A stretch of 64,000 nucleotides of DNA from an uncultured Verrucomicrobiae bacterium (GCA_963834385.1 CAWIBO010000002.1:928001-992000); one strand, 5' to 3'; shown: positions 8,737 through 19,239, numbered from the stretch's first letter. Translations and numbers: made by a program. The notes: generated from the letters alone by a model not told the origin.

Positions 8737-10638
8737 TTAGTAGTTGAGTTCCCCTGGGAGGGCGACGGTCTCGCGATAGGGCAAGCCCAACTCATACAGG
8801 GCGATCTCGGTGAGGAGTTGGTCAGTCAATGAACGCAGACCGCGCTTTTCGGCCGCTTCCAGGGCGCGGCGGGCGGTGGCGATCGCTTGCGAGAACTGGC
8901 CATTTTCGGCCTGGGCGGCGGCCAGGGTGTGAAGGAAGAAAGGATCGCTCCCGCCGGAGATTTCGTCTGCCCGGAGCGACAGCCCGAGCGCGCGCGGTCC
9001 GTCCCTCAACGAGTCATCCGGCGCGGTGGCCAAGACCCAGGCGAGGTTGGTTTGCGCCACCGGCGACGAAGGCTGCATCGCCAGGGCTCGCTTGTAACTC
9101 GCCACGGCTCCCCGGAGGCGTCCCTGTCGGTAACGGATTGCGCCGATCGAGTTATGGGCCCGGAAGTCTGGCCAGAGTTCGAGGCTTTCCTCGAAATGTT
9201 CCAAGGCCCTTTCCGACTCGCCTTTTTTCTCCGCTATATGGCCAAGGTTGTGGTGGACCGCGGCGAGCGTGACCGGTTGTTTCAGCGCGATCTCGAGCAC
9301 TTTGCGGAGATGCCATTCGGCTTCGTCCAGCTTTCCCTGTCGCAGCCGGATGATCCCAAGGTTGCCCTGGGCAAACCATGACCCCGGGTTCTTCGACGCC
9401 GAATCGGCATAACAGGCCTCGGCATCCTTGAAGGTGGCGCTGTGCCGCCAGGTTTGGGCCGTCAGAGCACCCAGGACCACCACGCCCAAGCCGATCCCGA
9501 CGTTCCGTCGCCAGACGGGCCCGCGCCCGAAATATGTAGCACCGACGGCGGCGAGCGGGGCCACGATCCCGATGATCGGAAGATATTGGAAATGGTCGGC
9601 GACCCAGCGCGAGAGAAAGATGCGGACATCGAAAAAACCGAGGACCGGAAACAGCAGAAGCGTGAAGAGGAACAAGCCGGCAAAGGCGCCGCGCCATTTT
9701 CGCCGGATCATCCACACGCTCGTGAGCAGGAGGAGCGCGCCGGCTGGGTAAAAATATTGCCACGCGGACGAGGCGCTGATGTTCCACCGCGGATACATCA
9801 TCATGAGCGGTTCGGGCCAGAAAATCTTGGCCAGGTAAAACCAGAAGGCCTGTCCCGCCAGGAGGATCCGCTCGACCGGTGAAAGATCGAAGCCCGGGCC
9901 TTTCGCCCCGCTAAACTCGCGTTCCATCCAGCCGGTGGCGACGGCCCCGGCGATGCCCAGGAGAAAAAAGGGGAGGAGCGGGCGAACGTCGCGCCGCCAT
10001 TCGATCCGACCGCGCCGCCACCAGAGCGCAATCAGGATGAGTGCCGGCAGAAAACCGGTCACGGTCTTGGCGAACAACCCGACCACGACAAAAAGGGCGG
10101 CCAGACCGTAAAACTTCCGGTCTCGAAGTTCATCAAACCGCAGATAGGCCAGCACCGCCGCGAAAAGGAAAAGGGCGGAGAGGATGTTCTTGAGCTCGTT
10201 CAGGTAGGCGACCGACTCAACCTGGACCGGGTGAAGGGCGAACAGGGCCGCGGCCAGCCACGCGCCCGGCATTTGCAGACGGCGAAGGATGGCAAACAGC
10301 AGGAGAGCGACGCCCACATGCAGGCTGATGTTCAGGAGATGGTGCCCCAGCATGGACGAGCCCCAGAGGCGGTCTCCCAGCCAAAAAACCGAATCAACCA
10401 GGGGATGGTATTGCTGGTAAAGGCTGGGCTTGACCCAGAAATTGACCAGACCTTCCACGGAACGATCCTCCGCCCGCGGGAGATGAAGCAGATCATCCGA
10501 AATCGGGCGGCCATGCCAGGCGGGCTGGTAGGCCAGGAGGGTCACCGCCAGCAGGCAGAGAGCGAAAACGCCGGCCCGGATCGTGCCGCTCCATGGGTCC
10601 AGGTCCCTCCGGGAATGAATCGGCGCAGCGGGTGACAT
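8737..10638 (-). CDS. Multi-TM GT-C-like protein with C-terminal TPRs (TMTC-like)
   Basis: Luminal-loop DD, YHPL, LFALHPVQVESVAY, DHFQYLP motifs followed by TPR repeats (AQGNLG, VHHNLG, AHNSIG, AQTNLA). Confidence 0.82.
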   Translation of the reverse strand: MSPAAPIHSRRDLDPWSGTIRAGVFALCLLAVTLLAYQPAWHGRPISDDLLHLPRAEDRSVEGLVNFWVKPSLYQQYHPLVDSVFWLGDRLWGSSMLGHHLLNISLHVGVALLLFAILRRLQMPGAWLAAALFALHPVQVESVAYLNELKNILSALFLFAAVLAYLRFDELRDRKFYGLAALFVVVGLFAKTVTGFLPALILIALWWRRGRIEWRRDVRPLLPFFLLGIAGAVATGWMEREFSGAKGPGFDLSPVERILLAGQAFWFYLAKIFWPEPLMMMYPRWNISASSAWQYFYPAGALLLLTSVWMIRRKWRGAFAGLFLFTLLLFPVLGFFDVRIFLSRWVADHFQYLPIIGIVAPLAAVGATYFGRGPVWRRNVGIGLGVVVLGALTAQTWRHSATFKDAEACYADSASKNPGSWFAQGNLGIIRLRQGKLDEAEWHLRKVLEIALKQPVTLAAVHHNLGHIAEKKGESERALEHFEESLELWPDFRAHNSIGAIRYRQGRLRGAVASYKRALAMQPSSPVAQTNLAWVLATAPDDSLRDGPRALGLSLRADEISGGSDPFFLHTLAAAQAENGQFSQAIATARRALEAAEKRGLRSLTDQLLTEIALYELGLPYRETVALPGELNY

Positions 10639-10681
10639 GGAATAAATTTAGGGAAACCGGCGTTACCCGGATGGAGAAAGG

Positions 10682-10712
10682 TTGACACGATAATCTACGC
10701 TGAGCATAAAAT
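10682..10712 (+). promoter_or_regulatory. Putative sigma70 promoter of the porin gene
   Basis: TTGACA at 10682 followed by CATAAAAT about 17-19 nt downstream, 7 nt before the ATG. Confidence 0.45.
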
Positions 10713-10719
10713 CGCGGCG

Positions 10720-11517
10720 ATGAAGAAGTGTTTTGCCGTGATCGCCGCTGTTGTCCTTTCGTTTACCCTTCCGGTTATCGCCGGCCCGGAACCGTTCAAG
10801 TCCACCGCCAAGGAGGTCGCGCCTCTTCCTCCGCCGCCACTCTTTGACTGGACCGGCTTTTACGTCGGCGTGCAGGCGGGTTGGCGCATGAATGATTATC
10901 ATTGGAACGAGGCGGACAACGATCAGCGCGAAATCGATGTGGACGGAAATTTCGATGTCGGCTTCGCCGGTTTGCAAATCGGATACAACCGCCAGGTGGC
11001 GCGCTGGTTCGTCATCGGCGTGGAAGTCAGCGGCACCTACGGTCAATCGGACGACCATCAGACCCTCCGGATTACCGACACGCGCGAGATTCTGCATTTC
11101 GGGACGGAGAACGACTGGGGCAGCACGTTTGCCCTGCGCGCCGGATTTACCCTGCTGGAAAACAGGCTGCTGTTGTTCGCCAAGGGTGGCGGTGCGCTCA
11201 GTCACTGGAACTACGACTACGTAAACGACCAGACGCTCGCCAACAGCGCCATGCAGCCCCAGTTCGACCGGTGGCATGAGGAGGAAAACCGGATCAGCCC
11301 GCTGGTGGGCGCCGGGGCCGAGTATGCCATTGGCCGCCATTGGACCGCGAAAGCGGAATGGAACCGGGTCTTTGGCGGCAGCCGCACCCTGCGCAGCACC
11401 CTTCTGCGGGACGACGATCCGGATACGGAGGGGGCGGAAGGCGACATCTCCGGATACGGCCACAAGATCGATCTCGAGCAGGACAACGTCTTTCTTGGGC
11501 TGAACTACAAGTTCTAA
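10720..11517 (+). CDS. Outer-membrane beta-barrel protein (Omp25/RopB-like)
   Basis: Signal peptide, FDWTGFYVG, GLQIGYNRQ, GAGAEYA, C-terminal GLNYKF with terminal Phe. Confidence 0.88.
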   Translation: MKKCFAVIAAVVLSFTLPVIAGPEPFKSTAKEVAPLPPPPLFDWTGFYVGVQAGWRMNDYHWNEADNDQREIDVDGNFDVGFAGLQIGYNRQVARWFVIGVEVSGTYGQSDDHQTLRITDTREILHFGTENDWGSTFALRAGFTLLENRLLLFAKGGGALSHWNYDYVNDQTLANSAMQPQFDRWHEEENRISPLVGAGAEYAIGRHWTAKAEWNRVFGGSRTLRSTLLRDDDPDTEGAEGDISGYGHKIDLEQDNVFLGLNYKF

Positions 11518-11578
11518 CCGATCGCGCTCTTTTTCGAGGGGACGCCGGGGGAAGGTAGCCGGCGCTTCCCGAGTCTCT

Positions 11579-12496
11579 TCAACGCGGGAACCAGTCCCGG
11601 ACCAGGGCGCCGACCATGGACAGGCCGATGAGCGCATAGAGAGCGCGATACCGCGCCTGGAATGCGCGGATGCCGGCGGGCGTGAGCCCCGTCCGCAGGG
11701 TCTGGACCGACCAATAGAGGTGCAAGGGAAGGAACAGGGCGGCCAGGAGCACGAGCGGGCGCGGCAGAATGCCTGACCAGGCCAGGGAAGCCAGGTAGGC
11801 GTAACAAAGGGTAAACAGGCTCAGGCCGGCAAAGAAAGTCAGGCGCGCGCCGAAGAAGACCGCGTTGGTCCGCACCCTGTTTCCCCGATCGTAATCAAAG
11901 TCGCGCACCTCCTGGTTGAGATGGCCGGCGGTAAAAGTCAGGGCGAAAAATAGCCCCAGGAACACGGACCGCTGGTCCACCGCGGCGAAAAGGGAATATC
12001 CGAGAAGAAAGTGGAGCAACCCGCCAAGAAAATGGATCAGGGAGGAGATAACTGGTCGCCCCTTCCCGTTTAGCCACGGATGGGAGTAAACCATTCCGAG
12101 GACGGCAATGGTGCCGGCAAGGAGCAGGGTCTGGGTCGACAGGAAGAGAAAGAGCAACAGGCCGGCCCCGAGCAAGACCAGCGAGAAGAGCAACAGGGAC
12201 CTCGCGCCGGGCACGCTCTCGGACGCGCGAGGATTGAGCGGCCCCGGCGTGAGACCCTGGGCCGCATCAGCCCAGTCGTTGAAGACAAAGACGTGCGCCA
12301 CCAGGAGGAAACTCGCGACGGCAAACAGCAGAACCGTCGCGGCCATTTCAAGGCCAAGGGCGCCCATGGAGAAGGCGACCCCGAGGAAGGGCGCACCCTG
12401 TAAGACCACGATCTCGCCGAGCCGGGCCCGAAACTGGGTCCACGGGATGTACGGTTGGCATGGTGGCCGGAACAGCGTTTGTCGACGGTCGATCAA
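11579..12496 (-). CDS. UbiA-family prenyltransferase
   Basis: NDWAD first Asp motif, YSHP..GK, EVRDFDYDRGNRVRT second motif; about 8 TMs. Start uncertain. Confidence 0.82.
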   Translation of the reverse strand: MIDRRQTLFRPPCQPYIPWTQFRARLGEIVVLQGAPFLGVAFSMGALGLEMAATVLLFAVASFLLVAHVFVFNDWADAAQGLTPGPLNPRASESVPGARSLLLFSLVLLGAGLLLFLFLSTQTLLLAGTIAVLGMVYSHPWLNGKGRPVISSLIHFLGGLLHFLLGYSLFAAVDQRSVFLGLFFALTFTAGHLNQEVRDFDYDRGNRVRTNAVFFGARLTFFAGLSLFTLCYAYLASLAWSGILPRPLVLLAALFLPLHLYWSVQTLRTGLTPAGIRAFQARYRALYALIGLSMVGALVRDWFPR

Positions 12497-12511
12497 CCAT
12501 TGGTGGTTCCA

Positions 12512-14122
12512 TCAGGGACGCCATTCGGAGGCCAGCAGGAGCGGGATGTTTTCATGTTCATGAACGCCCGGACTCTTCGACGCCACGAGTTCCATGCGCA
12601 CGGCATGCCGCCGCATAAAGCTTCCGAGTTGTTCCGACCACGCCATCCGATACGCGCTGAAACTCCAGCCAAACTCCGGGTCCGGCGCCGGCGTCAGCAT
12701 CATCGGCCGCCTGCCTTCCGGCGGAACATTCATTCCGCCCACGATCCAGATGCGATGTCCGGATTTCAAAGTGGCTCTCATTTCGCGCTCCAGTTCGTCG
12801 AGGGGGAAAAAAGCGCTCATTCTTTCCTTCAGGAGATCGTAACGGTTGATGCGATGCTCGCTCAGCGGCGGAACCGTGATCCAGCGGACCGGGCCTTGAT
12901 AATAGCGGTGAAAAGAGATCCCCAGCGACCACGGATTGACCACGATGAGATCGCCCGGGACTGCCGCTTCCTCCAGCTTTTGCGCAAGGCGATCGATGTT
13001 CGTCTGGCGCACCGTCACTTCCGGCCAGAGAAAAATGGGCAGCACGGCGGCCAGGCCGAGCGCGCAGACCATCCGGGCGACACGAACGCCGCGCCCGTCG
13101 CGCAGCACCGAGACCGCGAGGTCAAGGGCAGCGGCGAGCAAACAAATCAGCGCGAGGAAGTAGCGCGCGTTCGGTTCGTTTTGCAAAACCCACATGAAAG
13201 CGAAGCAGATCGCGCTGGTGCCGGCCATGGCGAGAAAGGCGAACGCGAGCAGGTCGCGCTCCGACCCGGGTTTGTCGGCGCCTTTCCCGGCCCGCCAGCG
13301 CCAGGCTCCGAAAAGAGAGAAAACAATCACGCCCGCCCAAATGAAGGCCATGACCGGCACCGGCGCGCCCCCGGCATTGAGCAACTGTCGGCCGAGCGAT
13401 GCAGCCGTGGGTTCCGCCGTGAGCACCATTGCGTAGTCCTTTGTCCCCTGGAAAACCCGGAGCAGATAGGGAACGTAGGACAACCCACAGACGAGTCCGA
13501 CCCCGGCCAGGAGCGCGGCCCACTTGAACCTTCGCCGCCGTAAAAGAACTACGAACGCGGCCAGAAGAATTCCGGGGACCAGCGCCCCGTTAAAATAAAG
13601 GCAATGCATGCCGGCGAGATAAACCGCGAAGGACGCAGCCAGTTTTTGGGGAGACGGTTCGGTGATCAGTTTTGCGGTGACGGTAAACGCGAGGATGATC
13701 AGGACACCGCCGAGGCCGTAACCACGAATGGAAGTGCCGGTGGTCAGGAAAACCGAGTTCAGGCCGGCCAGGGCCAGGAGCACAAGGGGCACATCGCGCC
13801 GAAGCGTTCGGGAATGGAACCAGGCGACTCCGATGAGGGCGACGCCTACGAAAAAGCCGAAAACGCGCAGGGCCAGATCGCTCGTGCCCGTGAGCGCGGT
13901 GTAAGCCCGCACGATGGTCGGGAACAACAGCGGAAACGAAGTGTATTGCGCGTTCGTCACCATCTCGGCCACGCCGGGCATCCGCGCCAGTTGCAGGGCG
14001 TCGCATTCGTCGCGCCAGAGCGCGCCGGCATGCCAGGCCTGCACGGCCAGGAGAGCAAGCACCACCGCCGTCAGGAAAAGGGCGGCCAGCGTTTCCGCGC
14101 GTTTCAGGTTGAACCCGGCCAT
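12512..14122 (-). CDS. Multi-TM glycosyltransferase-like protein (GT-C/PMT-like)
   Basis: LWRDE after TM1, RxxS/R.Y (SIRGY), ARYFL and many TMs; ATG 14122 lies 4 nt after the upstream stop. Confidence 0.65.
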   Translation of the reverse strand: MAGFNLKRAETLAALFLTAVVLALLAVQAWHAGALWRDECDALQLARMPGVAEMVTNAQYTSFPLLFPTIVRAYTALTGTSDLALRVFGFFVGVALIGVAWFHSRTLRRDVPLVLLALAGLNSVFLTTGTSIRGYGLGGVLIILAFTVTAKLITEPSPQKLAASFAVYLAGMHCLYFNGALVPGILLAAFVVLLRRRRFKWAALLAGVGLVCGLSYVPYLLRVFQGTKDYAMVLTAEPTAASLGRQLLNAGGAPVPVMAFIWAGVIVFSLFGAWRWRAGKGADKPGSERDLLAFAFLAMAGTSAICFAFMWVLQNEPNARYFLALICLLAAALDLAVSVLRDGRGVRVARMVCALGLAAVLPIFLWPEVTVRQTNIDRLAQKLEEAAVPGDLIVVNPWSLGISFHRYYQGPVRWITVPPLSEHRINRYDLLKERMSAFFPLDELEREMRATLKSGHRIWIVGGMNVPPEGRRPMMLTPAPDPEFGWSFSAYRMAWSEQLGSFMRRHAVRMELVASKSPGVHEHENIPLLLASEWRP

Positions 14123-14126
14123 GATC

Positions 14127-15339
14127 TTAAGACCCCTCCGAACGGTCCGACGGCATGCTGCGGGCGATTCGTTGCGGTCGAAGCGGCCGAATTCCGAGGC
14201 CAAGACGCTGAATCAATCCCACCGAACCGACCAGGCCGTCAGCGAGGACGCGCGGCAGCATCATCGGCAGGCCCACCGCACAAAAGGCCGTCACGGAAAG
14301 AAACGAGGGGCGCACCCGGCGCAGGACCCGGCGTTCATAGACACGGCCTTTGTCGTCCGGGGCGATGCGATCGTCGCCCAAGACGCCTGCGGCGATGCGG
14401 CCGGAATCGATGGCAAAGGAAATTCCTTCCCCGGAGAGCGGATGAATCAGCGAAGCGGCGTCGCCCAAGCAAAAGATACCCCGGACCCCAGAGGCGGCGG
14501 GTGAGTCGTCCGTTCCATTTGAACTTCGCGAGATTGAGCGGATAACCAGTGGCCGTTCCCTCGAAACGACCCGCGCCCAAATAGTCGCGGACTTCCCGCG
14601 TCTGGCAGTAGTGGCGGAACCGTTCGCGCAGGATTCGGTTGTTGGTGGTGTTGCCGTAACCAATGTTCGCGCAACGTTCGCCATCTTTGACGAACGGAAA
14701 AATCCAGAAGTAACCGCGATGCTCGAGATCGAAGAAGAAGATCAGGCCTTCCGTGGTCTCGGGGATGCCCCGGACATACTGGCGCAGGGCGTGGATGACG
14801 TAGTCGCCGTCGGTCGGACCAGTGGCGCGGCGCACCAGGCTCCGGCTGCCATCCGCGCCCACCACCAGATGCGCGGTGACTGTCCGTTTTCCTTCCTCCG
14901 TCTGTAAATGCACCCCGCGCACCCGGTCCCGCTCCATGAGGAGATCGGTCACGGAGGCGTTCTCCAGGGTCTCCGCGCCTGCCGCAACCGTGGCCTGCCA
15001 GAGCGCATGGTCAAACTCGAGCCGAGGAACGACGTCGAGGGTCCGGCCTTCGCGGCGGAGGCAGCCGCCCGGGTAATGCAGGATCTGAAGCTCCGTGAAC
15101 GAACGGGAGGGCGTCAACGCCGCCAGCTCCGGAAAGACTTCCCGCAAACTCGGGATGGCCTGGTAGGTGAGACCATCCCCGCAGATTTTATCGCGCGGGA
15201 ACCGCGCCTTATCGAGCAGGAGCACCCGCTGCTTTGTTTTCCCGGCGAGAAGCGAACGGACAAAGGCGCAACCCGCCGGACCTCCCCCCACGACGATGAC
15301 ATCGTAGTCCGGCTGCTCTTCTCCCCTTAAACTCTTCAT
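14127..15339 (-). CDS. Geranylgeranyl-reductase-family FAD oxidoreductase (apparent +1 frameshift at about 14465)
   Basis: GGGPAG, FPRDKICGDGL, VGADGSRS, GYFWIFP, ANIG; the GDAASLIHPLSGEGI motif continues in another frame (ORF 14127..14684). Confidence 0.85.
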
Positions 15340-15541
15340 GGCGCCGTAAAGACCGGACTCTCCCGGCGATTACAGCGGTTCCGCAGGTGAAACAAGAGCA
15401 GATTCACCACGATGCGGTTCCTTGGGCGCGCAAGGATCCGGGCGAGGAGCATCGGGGCCGCATCGATGCGGGAAAATGGGTCTCGCCGTTTCAACGGCGG
15501 CGAGACCCCTTCTTCCTGCAGAGAGCCCTTGGCGGGAATTC

Positions 15542-15898
15542 CTACTTGTCGGTCATCGTTGGCCGGCGGGTCGCGCCAGGCCGTGGTGTCGCGGAAGGCG
15601 TTGGAGTGGCCTTCGCCGCCGGGGTGGCACTAGCCTTGGGAGTGGCCGTTGGACTCGGGCTCGGTTTCTGGGGAGGCCTTGGGATGTTACCCAAATTTTT
15701 TGTGGCAGAGTCTCGATCAATTTCCGCCTGAGTAGGGGAGCTTAAAGTAGTTTTGTCCTGTTTAACCGTCTCGCTGTATTCGGTGTTGGGAGCACGCGTG
15801 CCCGACGGAACAGGCGAAGGCGTGGGTGTTTGCGCGGGTGAGAGGGTCACTCCCAGAACGAGCGAGGCACAGATCAATGACGGCAGGGTCGGTTTCAT
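15542..15898 (-). CDS. Small secreted Pro/Thr/Ser-rich protein
   Basis: MKPTL... signal peptide then AQTPTPS; low-complexity P/T/A body; similar layout to 22916..23290. Confidence 0.65.
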   Translation of the reverse strand: MKPTLPSLICASLVLGVTLSPAQTPTPSPVPSGTRAPNTEYSETVKQDKTTLSSPTQAEIDRDSATKNLGNIPRPPQKPSPSPTATPKASATPAAKATPTPSATPRPGATRRPTMTDK

Positions 15899-16090
15899 CC
15901 CAGCGGGTTTAGCGGTTTCTTTGCAGAACGCATAGATAAATGTCGTCATGTCATCCAGGTGATGAAGAGATGAGCGGACGGGAGCGCGCGCAAAACTGCA
16001 CCGTCAAAAATCGCAATTCATGACTCCCGTCTTGACTTCCGGCACGGGAACGGATGTCGTGCAAAAGCGAAGACGGACGGTATTTCTGCC

Positions 16091-16789
16091 ATGACATCAC
16101 CCTCGCCGGTCCCCAAAGCGCGGCTGGCCGGGCTCTGCTGGTTGCTCTGCTTCGTCGCGAGCGCCTTTGGCCTGTTTGTTGGGACCAGGTTGATTGTCCC
16201 CGGCAAGGCGGCGGAAACAGCCGCCAATCTTCTCGCGCACGAGATGCTTTTCCGCGCCGGCACCAGCGCCATGCTGGTCTCCGGCGCTTTTTATCTCGCT
16301 GCGACCCTGCTGGTTTATCAACTGCTGAAACCAGTCAATCGCACCATCGCGCTCCTCGGCGTTTTCTTCAGCCTCACGGGATGCGCCGTCGGGGCAATCG
16401 TCTGCCTTCTCGATTTTGTGCCTCTGCTCCTGTTGAAAAACGCTGCCTATGCGAATGCGCTGGGCCTGGAACAGGTGCAGTGGCTGGCGCTGCTCTCCCA
16501 GCAGGTTCGGGCGCAGGCCAACAACCATGTCGGACTTGTTTTTTTTGGACTCCACTGTTTGACCGTGGGCTTCCTGATTGTGCGCTCGACTTTCCTGCCC
16601 CGTTTCCTCGGCCTCTTTATGCTCTTTGCCGGGATTGGCTGGCTCACCTTTCTTTGGCCGCCCTTCGCCCGCCTTCTGGCACCGTATAACATGCTGCCCG
16701 GCGCGCTCGGCGAGCTCGTGCTCAGTCTTTGGCTCCTGGTGAAGGGAGTGCACGAAACGCGCTGGCTGAAACAGGCCGGCCGGGATTGA
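16091..16789 (+). CDS. DUF4386-family membrane protein
   Basis: ARLAG, TAANL, LLKPVN, S.FLPRFLG, GELVLSLWLLVKG motifs. Confidence 0.8.
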   Translation: MTSPSPVPKARLAGLCWLLCFVASAFGLFVGTRLIVPGKAAETAANLLAHEMLFRAGTSAMLVSGAFYLAATLLVYQLLKPVNRTIALLGVFFSLTGCAVGAIVCLLDFVPLLLLKNAAYANALGLEQVQWLALLSQQVRAQANNHVGLVFFGLHCLTVGFLIVRSTFLPRFLGLFMLFAGIGWLTFLWPPFARLLAPYNMLPGALGELVLSLWLLVKGVHETRWLKQAGRD

Positions 16790-16790
16790 A

Positions 16791-17498
16791 ATGAACGATC
16801 ACCCTGTAATCACCAGTGCGCAGCACAAAGCCGCCCGGCTGGCGGGCGCGCTTTACCTCGTGCAAATGGCGGTCGCCATCTTCGGACAGGTGCTGGTGCG
16901 CGACCGACTCGTGGCCGGCGGCGACGCCGCCCGGACGGCGCAGAATATCCTCGAGAACATGCGCCTCTTCCGGCTCTCCATCGCTGGCGATCTTCTCGTT
17001 TATACCACGGTGATTGTCCTGGTCTGGACACTTTATGTCATTCTTCGACCGGTACAACGGGAGGGAGCCCTGCTCGCCGTTCTTTTTCGGCTGGCGGAGA
17101 ACGCGGTGCTTTGCGCTTCCACGGTTTGCGCCATGCTGGCGGCGAGGCTGATCCAGCCGCCCGACTACCTCAACACCTTCGCCCCGGACCAATTGCAATC
17201 GCTTGCCCGGCTGATCCTCGGCACGCAGGGACTGACCATGAATGTTGGCTTTATCCTGCTCGGCTTCGGTTCCGCCATCTTTGCCTGGCTCTTCCTCAAG
17301 TCGGGCTACGTTCCGAAAATCATCGCTGGCTGGGGCATCTTTGCCTCGCTCATCCTGGCCCTGGTCACGCTGGCCGCCATCGTTTTCCCCGAGCTGAGGG
17401 CGACTCTCGGTCTCACCTTCATGATGCCGATGTTCGTCTATGAGGTGGGGCTGGGCCTCTGGCTGCTGATAAAGGGGATTCGCGCGCCCGTCGCCTAA
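16791..17498 (+). CDS. DUF4386-family membrane protein (tandem paralog)
   Basis: ARLAG, TAQNI, LRPV, KSGYVPKIIAGWG, EVGLGLWLLIKG motifs. Confidence 0.82.
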   Translation: MNDHPVITSAQHKAARLAGALYLVQMAVAIFGQVLVRDRLVAGGDAARTAQNILENMRLFRLSIAGDLLVYTTVIVLVWTLYVILRPVQREGALLAVLFRLAENAVLCASTVCAMLAARLIQPPDYLNTFAPDQLQSLARLILGTQGLTMNVGFILLGFGSAIFAWLFLKSGYVPKIIAGWGIFASLILALVTLAAIVFPELRATLGLTFMMPMFVYEVGLGLWLLIKGIRAPVA

Positions 17499-17542
17499 GG
17501 TTCGGCGCTGGATGATCAGGCCGCGCGGCGTTTAAAGAGCAA

Positions 17543-19045
17543 TTAACGCGGCACGGCCGTGGTCGTTTCCAGGGCGGCGGGTTCCATTTCCGCCTTGTCG
17601 GTAATCAGCCGGCGGAGGAACGGGATCAGGACGACCAGCGCCACCCCGACCACGAGGGCGCCAAGGCCAAGCGCGCCGAAGAGCTGCGCGTATTCCGCGT
17701 TGGTCGCGGCCGCGGTGGTCCCCTTCGGCTCCGGAATCATCCCGGAGAAATCACCGGCGAAGAGCGAAGCCAGGCCGGTGACCAGCATCCAGCTTCCCAT
17801 CATGATCCCCTGATACTTCCGCGGGGCCAGCTTGCCGATCATGGCATAGCCGATCGGGGAGATCAGCAGCTCGCCCACGCTTTGCAGGACGTAGCTGGTG
17901 AAGAGCCAGCCAAACGCGCTTCGGCCGTCTCCCCCGGCCAGCTTGATCCCGAGTGGAAGAATAAGAAACCCGAGGGCCATGAGGAGCAGCGAGGTGGCGA
18001 ACTGCTGCGGGATATCGATGCGCCAGCCGCGGGCCCGCAGCCGGGCGAACCACGCCGCGAGGAGTGGTCCGCCGATTACGATGCAAACCGTGTTGATGTT
18101 CTGGATCCATTGCGGCTGGATCTCGATCCGGCCGATGAAAAGATCGACGTTGTGGACCGCGAAGAGCATCAGGCCGCTCGGCGCCATCTGGTAGAGCGAC
18201 CAGAACCCAAGCGAACCGAGGGTCAGGATCAGGTAAGCTGTCATGTTTCGCCGTTCCCGCCGGTCGGGATGCCGCAGGGTGAGATAGATCAGCAGGAGCG
18301 CCATCGCGGCCGAAATCCCCTTGAAAAGCGTCTCAGTTCCTTCCGGGCGCTGAAGCATGAACCAGACAAGCGGAACCAGACCGACCAGGATGGCGAGGCC
18401 GGCCACGAGACGAAGCTGGAACTGCCGGGGATTTCTCTCGAGCAACGGCGTGTCCCGGTCGGCCAGGGTGCCCCAGGAGACAAGGGCGAGGATGATCGCG
18501 ACGAGATTCCCGAGGGTGGCAAAGATGAAGAGGCTCGTGTAGTTCTCGGTGCCCTGGAAATAGCCGGCGACGGCGAACCCAACAAAGAAGCCGACGTTCA
18601 TGCCGGCGTAGTTCCAGAGGAAGGCCGCTTCCCGGCGCGAATCCTCCGGGGTAAACCGCTGGGTCAGCATCATGTTGATGCAGGTGACGTTGAGTCCGCT
18701 GCCGGTGAGGAAGAAGGCGAGGCCGACGTAGAACATGGCGAGCGAGCCGAAAGCGATGCAGGCGCATCCGGCGGCCTGGGCGGCCATGCCGCCGACGAAA
18801 AGGTTCCGGTTGGAAAGGAACCGCCCACCGAGGTAACCCCCAAAGAGATGCAGCCCGTAGTTGAAGGCTCCGAAAACCCCCATGAGTGTCGTCGCCATCC
18901 TGACCGGGAGCTGCAGATGCTTGGTCGCGTAGAGAACGAGGGTCGAATAGAGAACCGCGAACCCAAGGGTGGCAAAGATTTGGATAAAGAAGAGGACCGC
19001 CGTTCCTTCCGGAGCCCTGGCCACAAGCCGTTTCAACGATGTCAT
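17543..19045 (-). CDS. Proton-dependent oligopeptide transporter (POT/PTR, MFS)
   Basis: GGYLGGRFL, YAGMNVG, QNIN, GELLISPIG, KLAP motifs; about 14 TMs. Confidence 0.88.
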   Translation of the reverse strand: MTSLKRLVARAPEGTAVLFFIQIFATLGFAVLYSTLVLYATKHLQLPVRMATTLMGVFGAFNYGLHLFGGYLGGRFLSNRNLFVGGMAAQAAGCACIAFGSLAMFYVGLAFFLTGSGLNVTCINMMLTQRFTPEDSRREAAFLWNYAGMNVGFFVGFAVAGYFQGTENYTSLFIFATLGNLVAIILALVSWGTLADRDTPLLERNPRQFQLRLVAGLAILVGLVPLVWFMLQRPEGTETLFKGISAAMALLLIYLTLRHPDRRERRNMTAYLILTLGSLGFWSLYQMAPSGLMLFAVHNVDLFIGRIEIQPQWIQNINTVCIVIGGPLLAAWFARLRARGWRIDIPQQFATSLLLMALGFLILPLGIKLAGGDGRSAFGWLFTSYVLQSVGELLISPIGYAMIGKLAPRKYQGIMMGSWMLVTGLASLFAGDFSGMIPEPKGTTAAATNAEYAQLFGALGLGALVVGVALVVLIPFLRRLITDKAEMEPAALETTTAVPR

Positions 19046-19150
19046 CGGGCGCTCATTTCGCGTTGGACACCTGTCAAAGTCAAGGCCCGCCCGAGAGGAC
19101 CAGATCGGTCCCTGCCAGCCAAACGCCGAAGTTTACATCAGGCGCATGCT

Positions 19151-19180
19151 CCCAGGCTCGACGGAGTCTCGCCCTACCAG
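19151..19180. repeat. REP-like palindrome (left copy)
   Basis: CCCAGGCTCGACGGAGTCTCGCCCTACCAG; inverted near-copy at 19525-19554. Confidence 0.8.
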
Positions 19181-19239
19181 AGAAGTGGTTCCCCGGGCTT
19201 GCCTCGCCCAGCCCGGCTTGTCCATCATGAGCGCCGCTT

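Noticed and set aside
14460..14470. Programmed ribosomal frameshifting in GGR (and the other three split genes)
   Set aside because: There is no slippery sequence or stimulatory structure, and all four are +1 events consistent with sequencing error.
11579..15339. Archaeal-type ether lipid synthesis as a firm call
   Set aside because: No GGGP synthase or G1P dehydrogenase is in the window, and the UbiA subfamily cannot be fixed by eye.
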